This document shows positions 50,972-64,000 of a stretch of 64,000 bases of DNA, one piece after another (position 1 is the first letter of the stretch; the number at the start of each line of letters is the position of its first letter). The stretch covers positions 62,001 through 126,000 of the forward strand of contig MU626295.1 of the NCBI GenBank assembly GCA_025603075.1. The letters are read 5' to 3'. Source of the DNA: Neoconidiobolus thromboides FSU 785. Lineage: Eukaryota; Fungi; Entomophthoromycota. The translations under genes and the position numbers were made by a program. The notes under the pieces are model-generated. The model had not been told where the DNA came from. It saw only the letters and a list, made by a program, of their open reading frames with translations, and did not search any database.

Positions 50972-52420
50972 ATGGGTATGATGTTAAGCTGTATACCAGC
51001 GCAAATATGTAGTTGTTGTACTACTGCTGTTTGTAGCTCTTTATGTTCATGTTGTGGAAAAAAAGTATCATTATCAAGTTCCATTGCAACTCGTATTACT
51101 TACGCATCAATTTTCTTATTAAATTCAGGGCTAGCTTTTGTAGCTACTTCGGATGCAGCTTCTAAATGGATCGAGAGTATTTCATTTGGTTATTTAAAAT
51201 TTGAATGTGGAGGTGGACAATGCTATGGGTTATTAGCAGTTCATAGGATTTGCTTTGCTCTTACACTATTCCATATTATACTATCACTATCTGTTTTAGG
51301 GGTAGAAGATACTTCTCACCCAAGAGCTACGATACAAAACAAATACTGGCCATTAAAATTTTTAGGATGGATATTATTATTGATAGGATGTTTTTTTATT
51401 CCAAATGGCTTCATCCAATTTTGGGGTAATTATATTGCGTTAATAGGAGCTTCCTTTTTTATTATTATCCAGCTTTTACTGTTAGTTGATTTTGCACATA
51501 CTTTTGCTGAAACATGTTTAGAGAAATGGGAAACAGACGATAATGATAAGTGGAAATATATCTTGGTTGGAAGTACCTGTGGACTTTTCATTTTAGCAAT
51601 TACTTTAACTGGTGTATTATTTGGGTTTTTTGCTGGTAGTGGGTGTGGGTTGAATCAATTCTTTATTTCATTTAATTTGGCTTTAGGATTAATCGCTTCT
51701 ATTGTTGCAATTCATCCTGTAGTACAAGAATCGAATCCTCGTTCTGGTTTGACCCAGGCAAGTCTAGTGGTTGCTTATTGTACTTATCTTGTCACCTCAT
51801 CAATTGTCAATGAACCTACTGATCCATCCACTGCTCATTGTAATCCACTTGATCATGTAAATGGTACTCGTACCACTTCTATTTTAGTTGGTGCTATTTT
51901 TACTTTGATTGCAATAGCTTATTCTACTTCTAGAGCTGCTACACAAACTAGTACTTTAATTGCATCATCAGGTTCCAATTCACCAGATAGTGCTTTACCC
52001 CTAGAACTACCATCATCATCTATTAGAAGTCAAGCCATACGTGATGGTATAGCTAGTGGTGCGTTACGACCATCTGAGATACATTCAATGGATATTGAAG
52101 AAGGAGAAATGGGTGTACCAGATGATGAAAAGGAAGGAGTAGCTTATTCTTATGCTTTATTTCATTTAGTATTTGCTTTAGCTTCTATGTACGTAGCTAT
52201 GTTAGTTACTAATTGGAATGTAATGAATGGGGATTCGGATGATTTTATTATAATTGGGCGTTCTACTTCGGCTATGTGGGTTAAGATTATTTCATCTTGG
52301 ATTTGCTTTGCTTTATATTGTTGGACTCTATTAGCACCAGCCATATTTCCTGATAGGTAAATATCTATATATATTCTTGATTTAAGTTAATCTTTTTATA
52401 GGGAATGGCTATTGAATTAA
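50972..52420 (+). CDS. TMS1: Serinc/TMS1 membrane protein
   Basis: Cys-rich N-terminus, CYGLLAVHRICF, LLLLVDFAH, YSYALFHLVFALASMYVAMLVTNW and WTLLAPAIFPDR. A probable last intron at 52357-52401 gives ...DREWLLN*; without it the stop is at 52360. Confidence 0.92.
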
Positions 52421-52999
52421 TTTAATTGTAATAATTCAATGCCTATTACTTCGTAATCTTTTCAAAGGTTATTTTAATATATATTATTTAATCAATATTA
52501 TACTTTTAAAATTTGTAATCTATTTGGTTTTTATTGTTTAGTTTATAGAATAGATTGCTAATATTTGTAATTTAAAATACGATTTGGATACATTTAATAA
52601 CTTTGTATTAAAATTAGAAAGCAAATTAAAAAGATGAGGAGTTAGTTAAATATAAATATAAAAAACATTTTAATAATAATTTTACAATAAAAAGTATCTT
52701 TGACATATAATATAAAAAGGGGGTTAACCAAAGTATTGTTTATTTGCATACTTATCCAAGTCAACGTTGTAATTTCGTTGAATTTATTTGGAGGTTGAGT
52801 ATCCATATCAAATTCAATAAATGTAATAAATAATAAAGGAGTAATAGGTTTATAGTTAATATCTATATTTGAATCATCTAAAACATTTTTTTCAATTCTA
52901 ATTACTTCAGGGTTTGGGAAAAAAGTAAGAAATATAAATTGATTCAATGTAAGTTTATCAACACATTTGGTTTTGATATATTTTATATATTCATATTTA

Positions 53000-54055
53000 C
53001 ATAAGCTATATTCAATAGTACCATTAACATTAGCCTCATCAAAACTAGATTCTTTTAATAATTTTAAAATAATAGGATTTAGAAATACGATGTGGATGCT
53101 TTGAGTATTTGATATTATTAGAATTACTCTCAGTAATTCTTTTGGAACACTATTAACATATATCCTTTAACATTGATAATTTTAAAAAATTATTAACCGT
53201 GGTCTTACAAAAACTAAACTTACCCAAGGAAATGGCATTACTACCTTCAATTATATTATTATTTGTTTTTAAAAAAGCACTATAATTAGCAATCAATTCT
53301 ACACTTTTGAATTTTCTAAGATAATAATTGAAGTGTCTTTTACTAAGTGTTTTAAAATCAAATATTTTAAGTCTAAATAGGAAACAAAATTTACATTTAA
53401 AGCAAACAAACTTGAGTAGAAGTTACGTTGATTATTAAATCTAATCATTATAAATTGGTGAGCTCTTCTTTTATTATATTTAAACCATCAATATTAAGAT
53501 TTCAAAGAGGGTCTAATTTAAGTGATTTTAGCTTGTTTGGATTTAAATACTCGATAAGATCCTTTAAATCAATATCATCACTTAAAACACCCAAATCTTC
53601 AATTTAGTTTGAATGACTTTGAAATGCACTTGATAACTTAAAAACACAGGCATTTAGTACATTTATATTTATTTTCTTTAATATTGGCAATTGAATTTCA
53701 ATCTTAGGTTTACTCAAAAATGACAATAATAAATTACCATCAATATAAATAACGTGTTAAATTTGAGCAATGGTTTATATATTAATAGTATTACAATATA
53801 TAGTTAAGTGTTTCATCCTTCCTCTACTCTTTAAAAAGAGCCTTTATTGAATTTTTTCAAAACTATTAAATTAAGCATCATTATTTTTTTTGAATTCACG
53901 TTTGTTGTAAATTGAATACATTAATTTATGTTGGATGGCTTTGTTTATAATATGGGAAATACGTCTATTTAATGAGATTAAACCAAAATACCTCTTCATT
54001 TTCATCAGCTTAAACACAATAAATATCATCAGGTAATTAGTTAACCACATTTCAT
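53000..54055 (-). pseudogene. Decayed F-box/LRR-like gene remnant
   Basis: Broken frames contain N*LPDDIYCV* (54022-54036), LISLNRRISHII and L*NLNIDGL, with many stops and frameshifts. Confidence 0.3.
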
Positions 54056-55639
54056 TTTATCAGAAATAGAAATAAAGCCTGGTAAAATTTTTATTTCAAC
54101 TGCTCAATATCAAACTAATAAACCACAAACGTTGTTGCGCTTTTTTATGTCTCAATGCCGAAGCATTAAACAACTGTAATGGAAAAAACCAAAATACTAC
54201 AAATTTGGAGTATTAAGTTTGTAGCTTTTTTAAAAAAAATTATATGTTAACAAAAAATAATTAGATTGCTTTGAAGAAAAATTTGACATATTCGTTTTTT
54301 AAACTACTGCTCTATCTTTTGTTAAACTCTATTTATTTTTCCCTTTCTCTGGGACGAATATTCTGTCTACATTGTCACTTGATTATTTTGAAATTCATAC
54401 AAGTAAACGCTGCCTTTAAGTAAGGATAAAAAACTAATAAGACATTTCTAACTAGTTTGATTAAATAAATAGAAATTGTTACTGGATTTATTTATTACAT
54501 TCGTGCTTAATTGGTTTAGTATACTTATCTGTATTAACAACTAAGCCTAAATCTTACTTAGTCTATTTCAGTGAGTTTGGGATATTTTTCCTTGAGCTAT
54601 AGCCTTATCATCAATAAACATAGAAATAAACAGTAAACAAGTTAAAGTGAAAGATATCAACTAATGGAATACTTAATTTTAAAAAGATAAATTCTTTGTG
54701 AATTTTTAGCTCTCTTAAAACAATTACGAGTATAGTTTTATATCATTAAAATAATTCTATTTAAACTGCTTTAGATTATACATTGGTATTAAATATAATA
54801 ATAATAACAATGTTAAAGTTTATAGATTGTTATTATATCAATGCTAAAATTTATAGATTACTATTATGTCAATGTTATTGTCTTGTACAATATCAACATC
54901 GAATCAATTTTCAATGTTGAATATCTTTTTTAAATTTCAAAACCCAAAGGGTTTTGTGTTTTTATTATTTAGAATTAAGCACTAATATAACAGAGGAAGG
55001 AAGTCGAAGAGAGCCAAGTTTTTATACTTATTTAGGGTAATTTTGACCAAAGCTAAGTCTAAGTTCTGAAAAATATCAGTATAAGCCTTAAACGAGATAA
55101 GACCTTTAGAGGTATGAAACCAAGAGAGGGTATGCATAAGTTCTGTAAGAACTAGATTGTTACAATACAAGTAAAGTAAAGTTAAAATGTTAGGCATATA
55201 GTTGAACATGAATTTTACATGTGATGAGGTGGTAGAAAGGATGGCCAATCGAGCAGTTATGTAATTTTAGATATTTAAATGTAAAAATAAAATTCTTGAA
55301 GTAAGGATAGATTATTCAGTTGATATTGAAATCAAAGCACACTCAGGAATAGAGAATTATTATTGAAAGAAATATGATTCAAAAAAGATATATATTAACC
55401 TTCTAGTTTAAATGTATAATATTACATGATAAAAATACAAAACAATTAAAAGATATAAATATATTTATTTGCTACTGGCTAATATTTTAGAGGCATATCA
55501 AATAAAGTGTTGGTTTGTTTAAAAGCTCATCCAAATCAACATTGGGGTTTTGTTCAATCTCTTGTGAAGTTAAGCATTTAAATCTAGTATAATAGGTTCA
55601 AAAAGTGAAAAAGGAGTAATGGGTTTACAATCATTGTCT

Positions 55640-57261
55640 GAATTTAAATTATCCAGTTCAAAGCTCCTAACTCTAGTTGGTTCGAGATTTGAGGAAAAGG
55701 ATAAGAAACAAATAGTTTTATCAATTGAATAAAATTACTAACATTGATTGTGATCCTTTTTACAAACTTGCATATACATAAACTATAGTTAGTGGTATTT
55801 TCAACCGTATTACTATTTTTTGAAAATATAGTCAAACACTTAATACAAATATTTTGAATATTTGATAGTAAAAAAATTGATGCCAATAACTTTTTTGATA
55901 CCCTTTAAATATTCTTTTTTGGTGTTAATAATTTTAATAAATCATGGTTGGTTGATTCTGACAGATCAAGATGCTCAAAAGAAATAATACTACTTTCTTC
56001 AACTATATTCTTGCCATTATTCAATCTTAAAATGGCTTCACAAGCGTTAATTAATTATATATTTTTGAATTCCTTAAGATCCCTAAAGTAGTTAAACCCA
56101 AGGAAAGGATTATAATTTACCTTGAATTATTAAGTCTAAATGAGAAATAAAGCTTATATATATTATAACCAATTGGGATAGAAATATTACTAAATGATTT
56201 TAAATGTAAGTGCTTTTAAATTTGTAAACTTCTTTTTAATTACACCAAACTATTAGTATAAAGACCATGATCAAAAAGTTATCTTAAGTGATTTTGATTT
56301 GATTAGATTCAAATGTCTAATAAATACCCTCATGTTCCCGCTAATACCTGAAATTTCAAAAGCTTCCAGCTAATATAAATAATCTTCAAATAGATTTAAT
56401 AACATATTAACATGCTCTTTTGGTGCCTTTATTGCTATTCTCTTTAATTCTGACAATTGATTTTCAGACTTATTATTGTTTATACAAAAATTATAGCTAG
56501 TTTTATCAATTGTAATAAAAGTTAAATTTGGACAACAGTATGGGGATTCAACTGTGAAACTTCTTGTTACTGAATGCTTCGTTGTCTTCTCATTTTTCAA
56601 ATACTTCCAAATCATTTTTCTTTATCATAATAAATATTTACAAATACGTATCTATCACTAATACATGTGTTAGTCTATATTGAATAGTTTTCTTTAGAGC
56701 ACAAGATAAATATTTATTTGAAAAGCGTAGTTTATGCTATTCCATTATTCCTACGAGTTTAAATATCTTATATAATAAACCATTGTGTATTTGTTTACAC
56801 ATTAGTATAAAATTTGATTTTAAAAAGAATCATAGCAGTTTATAGAATTTATTGATTCAAATAACTTTATATAGGGATTAAGAATGTATTTTAAGAATTT
56901 ACTATCCTATTCAAATGACGGCTTGAAAAATAAGTGATGAGATAAAAAAACATACCAGATGGTGATATAATAAGATACAGAATATTTCATTTTATATAGT
57001 TAAACAATAATATGCTATGAAAGTAAAGTAATTTTTGTAATTTATTTTGAGTTGGTTTTTATATTGACTAATATTTTATTTTTGCAAAAGATACTTTACA
57101 GTGTTATGTTCAACTAAGAAGTTAGTATGAGTATCCCTGTATTTATGCAAACGATGTATACCATTATTTGTATAATTAATTTCATTTTTAAAACCCCCAT
57201 AGTTTAGTAGATTTTCAAGAGTAAAAGTTGATAGCTTTTTTAGCCTATAATTAGTTGTCAA
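55640..57261 (-). pseudogene. Decayed LRR (RNI-like) gene remnant with a MITE inserted
   Basis: CPNLTFITI and LSELKRIAI in ORF 56370-56615, continuing in frame past a TAG as YLY*LEAFEISGISG. FTNLKALTF lies downstream. Confidence 0.4.
56870..56960 (+). mobile_element. Highly degenerate MITE-like copy
   Basis: ATATAGGGAT...TTAAGAATTTACT...TCAAATGACGGCTTGAAAAATAAGTGATGAG...CATACCAGAT. Confidence 0.4.
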
Positions 57262-57726
57262 TATACTCTTTTCTCCTTAATAATTTCAAAGATTCAATTG
57301 AAAATAAGGAGCTTAACTTTAGTTAAATTAATTGTATAGCCTTGTTTTTTGACTTATTTTTGGCTTAATTTTTAAGACTAGTTATTTTGAATGTAATAAG
57401 TTTATAATCTATTTTCAGTTATTAAAAAGTAGTGTATATAATTTTATCAATTTGGTAATAACTTGGAATGTATTTTATGAAGTAATTTTATTTAACAGTA
57501 TAGATCACAAGCTTTTTTTCATAGCGCAGTAAGCTCAGTGCAATAATTCTAATTCAAATTTTGAAATGGGAAAAACCCATAAAAATAAAGGGATTGATCC
57601 TAAAAACGGGACAAAACATTAGTTCTTAAAACAACAAATATCTCCTTTGAGTTAAATATAACTAAAAAGTAAAACAAATAACTATATAATTTAAGAAGGA
57701 TATTAATTATTAGCTAGCTTGAAATA

Positions 57727-60524
57727 ATGTCTCGTTTCTTTAAAGGGGATTCCGATAGCGATTCTGAAACCTCCTCCTCTGAGGAGTCCTACATGTCTGA
57801 TGATATGTCACAAGATGACTTTTCTCAAGGTAAAGAATCAGACTCAGACGGATCAGATAAGTCAGATGATGAAGCTTCACCAAATGCATGGTTCAAAAAA
57901 GATGATAATGATGATTCTGATGATGAAGAAGACTCAAAAAAGATAGTCAAGTCTGCTAAAGATAAAAGATTTGATGAGATTGAAGCTTGCCGAAAAAGCA
58001 TAGAAAATTATTTAAAAATTAATGACTGGGTTTCAAGTTCTAATGGTATATTATAAATCAGTTTTAAAGCTTTTGACTAATGGTTTAGAATATGAAAAAA
58101 TGAATAAAACGGTTGCTAAGCTTAAGTTAACTAGCATTAAACCACCAACGAGCTACTTCAATGCTCTTATTATATTAGAGGATGGGCTAAATGAAGCTAC
58201 CAAAGAAAAGAAGAAAATGAACGCACCTAACTCCAAAGCTATGAATTCTTTAAAGCAAAAATTAAAGAAGAATAATAGAGATTATGAAAAACAAATCAAG
58301 ATTCTTCGTGAGGTAAATCAAAATTTAAACTAATAGTTTAAGTTTCTCATTTTGTTAGGGAGGTGAGCTTGACGAACCAGCTCCAGAAGCTCCAGCTCCA
58401 GTGGTAATTTGCATTTGATTACTTTTTTTATAAATTAACTTTTTATTAGACCTCTAAACGGTTAGTTTCAAGATTATCAAATATAACTAAATTAAATTAA
58501 ACTTTTGTTAGCAATAAAAAGGTTGCTTTTGAAACTCGCGAGGAGAGCGATGATGGTGGTTTTACTTCAGTAGGGAAGGGTGGAAGGAAGAATGATATCA
58601 CTTCTGATATGGTTTTGAAGAAATTAAAAGAAATCATACAAGCTCGTGGTAAAAAGGTAATATCCTATTGGAAATTTTGATGACTTTAATTGACTTCAAT
58701 TACACTTAGAATACTGATAAAGGAGAACAAGTTAGTCTTCTCCAAAAATTATTTGAAGCTGCTTCTACCCCTCGCCATAAAATCAAAGTGTTATTTGTCC
58801 TTATTTCATCTCGCCTTGATTATGGTTCTGGAATCGGAAATTTCACTCCAGTAGATACATGGAGAAAGTAATTTTAATTGATACTTTTGTTAAACATTTT
58901 ACTAATATGATAATAGTGCTTTAAAAGAGATCAATTTGTTATTCAATATCCTTGAAGAATCAAGAGAAATCAATATTTCCGAATCCTTTGAAGATGTTGA
59001 TGAAGAGGATCCAGATAATACCAAAGTAACATATACAATATAAGTTCAACTTAAATTTAATATTGTTTTTAGGATTTAAATAATATTCAAGGGTCAGTCA
59101 TTTCTTTAATTGAGCGTTTAGATGAGGAGCTTACTAAATCTTTACAAAATATTGATCCCCACACCAATGAATACATTGAACGTCTTTCTGATGAGCCATT
59201 ACTTATCAGTTTAATACTTCGTAGTCAGCAATATTTTGAATCAAAAGAACAAACTAGTGAATATACTCGTGCTTTAGCTCGTGTTATTGAGCATTTGTAC
59301 TATAAGCCCGATAATTTAGTTAGTGCCATCCAAAAGATTGCTCTTAAGAAACTTCCAAACTTAGCCTTAAAGCAGATTGATTTTGCTTCTGAGCCATCTG
59401 ATTTGATATCCCAATTATGCGCCTATATGTATACTCATGCTGAACCCCTCCTTCGTACTCGAGCTATGCTTTATCATATATATAATGTTGCTTTCCATGG
59501 ACATTATTATACCGCTCGTGATATGTTATTAATGTCTCATCTCCAAGAATCTATTCATCAAGCAGATGTTCCAACAATGATCTTATATAATAGAACTATG
59601 GTCCAAATTGGTATTGCTGCTTTCAAGCAAGGCCTCATCCGTGAATCTCTTAACTGTTTACAAGAAATTTATAACAGCGGTAGAGTTAAGGAAATGCTTG
59701 GACAAGGTGTAACTCAACAAAGACACAATAATCCTAATACTGAACAGGAGCGCTTAGAGAAACTTAGGATGCTTCCATTCCATTTACATATCAACTTGGA
59801 ATTATTAGAATGTATTTACCTTACCTCTTCCTTCCTTTTGGAAATCCCTAACATGGCTCGCGCTGGTTCTAATCCTGATGCTCGTAAAAACATAATCAGC
59901 AAAGCCTTCCGTAGACTTCTAGATCAATCTAATCGTCAAATTTTCTGTGGACCACCAGAAAATACTCGTGAGCATATTATTTCAGCAGCCAAATCATTAT
60001 CTTCTGGTGATTGGGAAGAAGCTAAGGAATACGTATGGAGTATTAAGATATGGGAACTTTTGCCAGAAAAAGATAAAGTTTTACAAGTATTGGCTAACAA
60101 GATACAGGAAGAAGGGTTGCGTACTTATCTCTTTTCTTACTCTGCTTATTACAGTACTTTAAGTTTAGAGCAACTTTCTGAAATGTTCGGATTGAGTAAG
60201 CAAATGGTTATTAGTATTGTAAGTAAAATGATATGGAATGAAGAGCTAGTTGCCGGACTTGATCAATCAAGGGACATCGTAGTGTTGCATTCTGAAGAGC
60301 TTTCAAAAGTACAATTATTGGGCGTATTAATTGGAGAGAAGCTTACCTCTATTGTTGAAGTTAATCAAAAAGGATTTGATTCTAAGATGGCTGAGCTAGA
60401 CACCCAATACCATACACAAGATCGCCGTAAAGGAACTCAAACTCAAGGAAAGAAGCAAATTGATCATAAGTATAATTCTAATAAGCCTCGCCGCAATTTC
60501 AATCAGACCAACCGTGCTAAATAA
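57727..60524 (+). CDS. NIP1: Translation initiation factor eIF3 subunit c; multi-exon
   Basis: MSRFFKGDSDS acidic N-terminus, VKSAKDKRFDE, YHTARDMLLMSHLQE-like segment, PFHLHINLELLE, GPPENTREH and a PCI domain. Confidence 0.95.
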
Positions 60525-60803
60525 GGATCTTTTATAAAAATTTTAGATTGTAAAATCATCTTTTGTTTTTATACACTCCCTTTTCCCACTACATAAATCT
60601 ATCATTATGTTTTAAATAAAATTTATAAGATTAGATTCTCATAGAACTAAATTTTAGTTAAATAATGGTGTTTGATATATTTATATATTTTATAATGTTT
60701 AAAAGCTTAAACTACTACTTTTTGTTTACTATAAAACTTACTAATAAACTTCGAAATATCTTTCATTTTTGTTTAAATGAAAATCAAGGTTTATAAATCA
60801 AGC

Positions 60804-60911
60804 ATATGAGGACGTGTTTTTTTGTTTAAGAATTTTACTAGTAAGTTTTTCTATCTAAATAGCGCTTAAAAAATGGAAAAAGTAATAAAATCAAAAAAAA
60901 CACTCCCGTAT
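60804..60911 (+). mobile_element. MITE-like element copy
   Basis: ATATGAGGACGTG...AAAACACTCCCGTAT. Confidence 0.75.
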
Positions 60912-61116
60912 ATAAACTGATAATAAAAAATAATCTTAAGTATAGTTTTTCCATTTAAAAATCTTAAATACAGGATCGAAATGAAATATACATATATATT
61001 TGAATGCTAATACTAATAATTACTAAATAAATAATAAATAAATCTTTCAAATAATCTATTTATTGGTACGAAACGTGGTAAATCTATAAATATCCTTTTA
61101 TTTCAATTATGGACCA

Positions 61117-62350
61117 TTATTCCCCTTTCTTACTTTTCTTCCTTGTCTGTTTACCAACTTGTTCAGTACTTGGTTTCTTCTGAGTAATCTTTTTGCCATT
61201 ACCAGCTTTGATGCCATTGTTAGATTTAGCTTTAACTTGTTCTTTAATCTCTTCCTTAGCATCTTCTTTTACTACTTTTTTGGTCTCTTTTTTAGCTTCT
61301 TTTGTGACCTCCTTTTTAATTTCTTCTTTGGTTTGAGTTTCTGTTGTTTCTTCTTCCTCACTACTGCCTACTGCTTCATTTGAGCTTTCTTTTTTTGCCT
61401 CTTCCAAGTCAAAAGCGTTTTGTATTTTACCATAAATTGGAAGACCAGGAGAATCAGCTACTTTGACGGAAATTGACTGGACTGAGTCCATATTGTTAGA
61501 AAAATATTTTGTTACCGAGCGAATAGCAGTTTCTATATTTTCCACAAGCTGACTAGCAGTTAATTTCTCAGTGCCAATTTTAAGTTGTCTAAAGTAATTG
61601 AGCTTATAAATTTAAAATACAATCAAATAACTTACAATAAATTTCCAGTTGGAAGGTAAACGCTACACTTCTTCAATCCTTTTTCGACTTGGAATTTTAA
61701 ATTGCTATTTATACGAATTGGGGCTGGTAGTCTAATACAAAGGTTAACAAGGTTAATTTACATATAGGTAAAGCTTCTACTTTCTATTTTTGAAAAAAGT
61801 TTTTCCAAGGTAACTTGGTAACAAAGGTAACACCTTATCGTCTGCTAAAAATAAGTCGTGAGTTTGGCATAAGTTACGCTTTGCTTCAAAGGTTTTGTAT
61901 TTTTGCTTAAGATCATCTATAGAAACAATCTAAAAATTGATTTAACTTTTAAATAATAAGGAAAAAGTTAGTTACTTCATTAACTCCAGAAATTTTCATA
62001 TTGGTTAAGGAGTCTGTTTCCTCTTTACTGATGGTTTTAGTTATGATACAGATAGAAGCATCTTCATTATATATAGGATGTGGTAAATCACTAAATCTAT
62101 ATTAGGTCGAATTAAATTGATAACACTGATTAAAACTTACATGAATTGAGGGGAATACGTTTTATCGGGTATGTAGTTTAAAGAAATTAATAAAGAAAAG
62201 GATTCTAAATCTTTTAATAGATTGGTATCATTATCCTTGGTTTTTAAATATTCATTTAATGCGTTAACTGCTTTTTGTATCTAATTTATTAGTTAGCCAC
62301 TATCGTTTTATTCTATTTAATTAGTTTACTTGAACTTTTTCTAATTCCAT
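61117..62350 (-). CDS. Ribosomal L1 domain-containing nucleolar protein (RSL1D1/Cic1/Utp30-like); 6 exons
   Basis: IQKAVNAL, LPHPIY, KYKTFEAKRNLCQTHDLFLADDKVLPLLPSYLGKTFF, KIGT...QLVENI, SPGLPIY and a Lys/Glu-rich tail. Confidence 0.85.
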
Positions 62351-62557
62351 TTTGAAAAACTCTTTTTTTGAAAATTCGAACTTAATTTAAGTCCAAATCT
62401 CGGATCATTTAATCAAGTATTGGGACAATAATTTGGAAATTTTTGCACAAATAAATTATGAGGATAAAATTTTATAAATAGTTTTTAATTCAGGTTGAAC
62501 TTTTTTAAATATTTACCCTTCAAAATGCGAACAAAACACAGAGCCAATAGCACTTGT

Positions 62558-62663
62558 ATATGGGGATGTATTTTTTTGTTTGAGAATTTTACTAACAATC
62601 CTTCCACTCAAATAGCGCTTAAAAAATGGAGAAAGTAATGAAATCAAAGAAACATCCCCATAT
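62558..62663 (+). mobile_element. MITE-like element copy (near consensus)
   Basis: ATATGGGGATGTATTTTTTTG...AAAGAAACATCCCCATAT. Confidence 0.85.
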
Positions 62664-63074
62664 TATAATAAATTTTAAAAGCTCTTAACTTGCCACGTTT
62701 TTAAGTAATTTTATATAATATTTTATCCAGCAAAACACTATCCAATTTATTAGCCACAATAGCTTTAAATTTTATTATTTTGGAAGTTATTAAGATAATA
62801 AGACAAAATTTTATTTATAAAATCAAGTTTTATCTGTTTGTTATACAAGGGGAAGTCGAAAAGTTTACAAAATTAAGCACCTTTACTAATAAAAGATAAA
62901 GCTTTTTTGCATAAATTATTAATATTATATTAAAATTTAAAAAACAAATATATTTTTATTACTTTGAATAGAATACCATTAATTAATTAAATTCACAGCT
63001 TTCAGAACAACTTAGTTAAAACTTTATATTATAAAAATATAGAAAAAAATCAAAAAAGAGTTTCATTCAAGATC

Positions 63075-63181
63075 ATATGGGGCTGTTTTTTTTGGCTTCA
63101 TTACTTTTTCCATCTTTTAAGCGTTATTTGGGTGGAAAAATTGTTAGTAAAATTCTTAAATACAGAAATACATCCCCATAT
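63075..63181 (-). mobile_element. MITE-like element copy (near consensus)
   Basis: ATATGGGGCTGTTTTTTTTGG...AATACATCCCCATAT. Confidence 0.85.
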
Positions 63182-63973
63182 ATAAAATAAAGGTTGGGCT
63201 ATCTTTTGGATTTATTTTTGATTTTTTTAGAGCTAATTATAAAAAAATTAGTAAAATAAAAATTAAAATAAAAAGTTCCAAAATATTAATATCTATTCTT
63301 AAATTAAATTAATTAATATTGATTTATTCAAATAAATATTATCATTATATTATATAAAATTTAGTATTTAAAGCTTCATTATTTTAAATTAATTATAAAA
63401 AGCTGAAAATTAGAAATTAAAGGAAAATTAAATCTATTAAATCTATTAGCTTTATAATTGATATAATACAATAATTATTTAAATTGTTTATAAAACTAAT
63501 TACAGCTTTATGATTTGTTTAATTAACTTCAAATGATTGTTGTTAAAAATTATCGTATTTTTAAGTCAGATATAGTTAATTTAAACTTTTTTTATTTAAA
63601 TTTGCTATAAAAATTTGTATTATTTAATTATAAAAAATATTATCATGTTTTGTGTATATAGCTACCTAGTTGGAATATAATCTTTCCTCAGTATAACGCT
63701 TTAAAGCTTTTTATTAAATTATTTCCTAATATTATATCCTTTAATAAAACTATTAAATCTTATGGAATTTTATATAAATTATAATAATAATATTTTTTAT
63801 CTTATTATATATTATTTTTACTAATTTAAGTTTATTTCTGTTATAAAAATTAAGATTTTTTAACTTATAACTAGTCAATAAATAAAAATTACTTGAACAG
63901 AAAAATTATTATTGAATTTTAAAAAAATTACATCTTAATAATATACTTTGTAATTATATTTTAAAGTTTTTAT

Positions 63974-64000
63974 TCTGAGATCTGGTACTCAGTGGTTGGA
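63974..64000. mobile_element. Start of a second copy of the putative LTR, runs off window
   Basis: TCTGAGATCTGGTACTCAGTGGTTGGA matches TGTGAAATCTGGTACTCAGTGTTTGGA at 45566 at 24 of 27 positions. Confidence 0.55.

Overview
Very AT-rich, intron-dense fungal genomic DNA. Introns are mostly about 45-90 nt, and gene content and style suggest an early-diverging fungus such as Conidiobolus/Entomophthoromycotina (inference). I reconstructed about 21 protein genes by hand-splicing: a P450 3' end, a DYRK/PRP4-like kinase, ARL3/ARFRP1, DUF1746/DSC4-like, a PPR protein, SMU1, U1-70K, SmD3, a Kin1/MARK kinase, MET3, a GcnA-like GH20, PGS1, an orphan coiled-coil gene, two tandem CAP/SCP genes, CAB2, NAG1, LAT1, EMC3, TMS1/SERINC, eIF3c and an RSL1D1-like gene. 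There is also one tRNA-Arg(UCU). Intergenic DNA carries about 19 copies of a ~105-bp MITE-like element (ATAT-GGGGATG...CATCCCC-ATAT), a probable 450-bp solo LTR with a second copy starting at the window end, and decayed F-box/LRR-like gene remnants. The main findings are: (1) a dense, internally duplicated array of 5' splice-site consensus motifs just 3' of the U1-70K stop codon, a candidate U1 snRNP feedback sensor, inside a SMU1/U1-70K/SmD3 spliceosomal gene trio; (2) a clear U12-type AT-AC intron in CAB2, implying a minor spliceosome; (3) the MITE family; (4) convergent PPR and SMU1 stop codons interlocked in one TTAA; (5) several candidate promoter motifs (CYS3/MetR-like at MET3, E2F-like, MCB-like, and a recurrent AAAAAGTTCAAC). 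All gene models, alignments and family calls were made by eye without tools.
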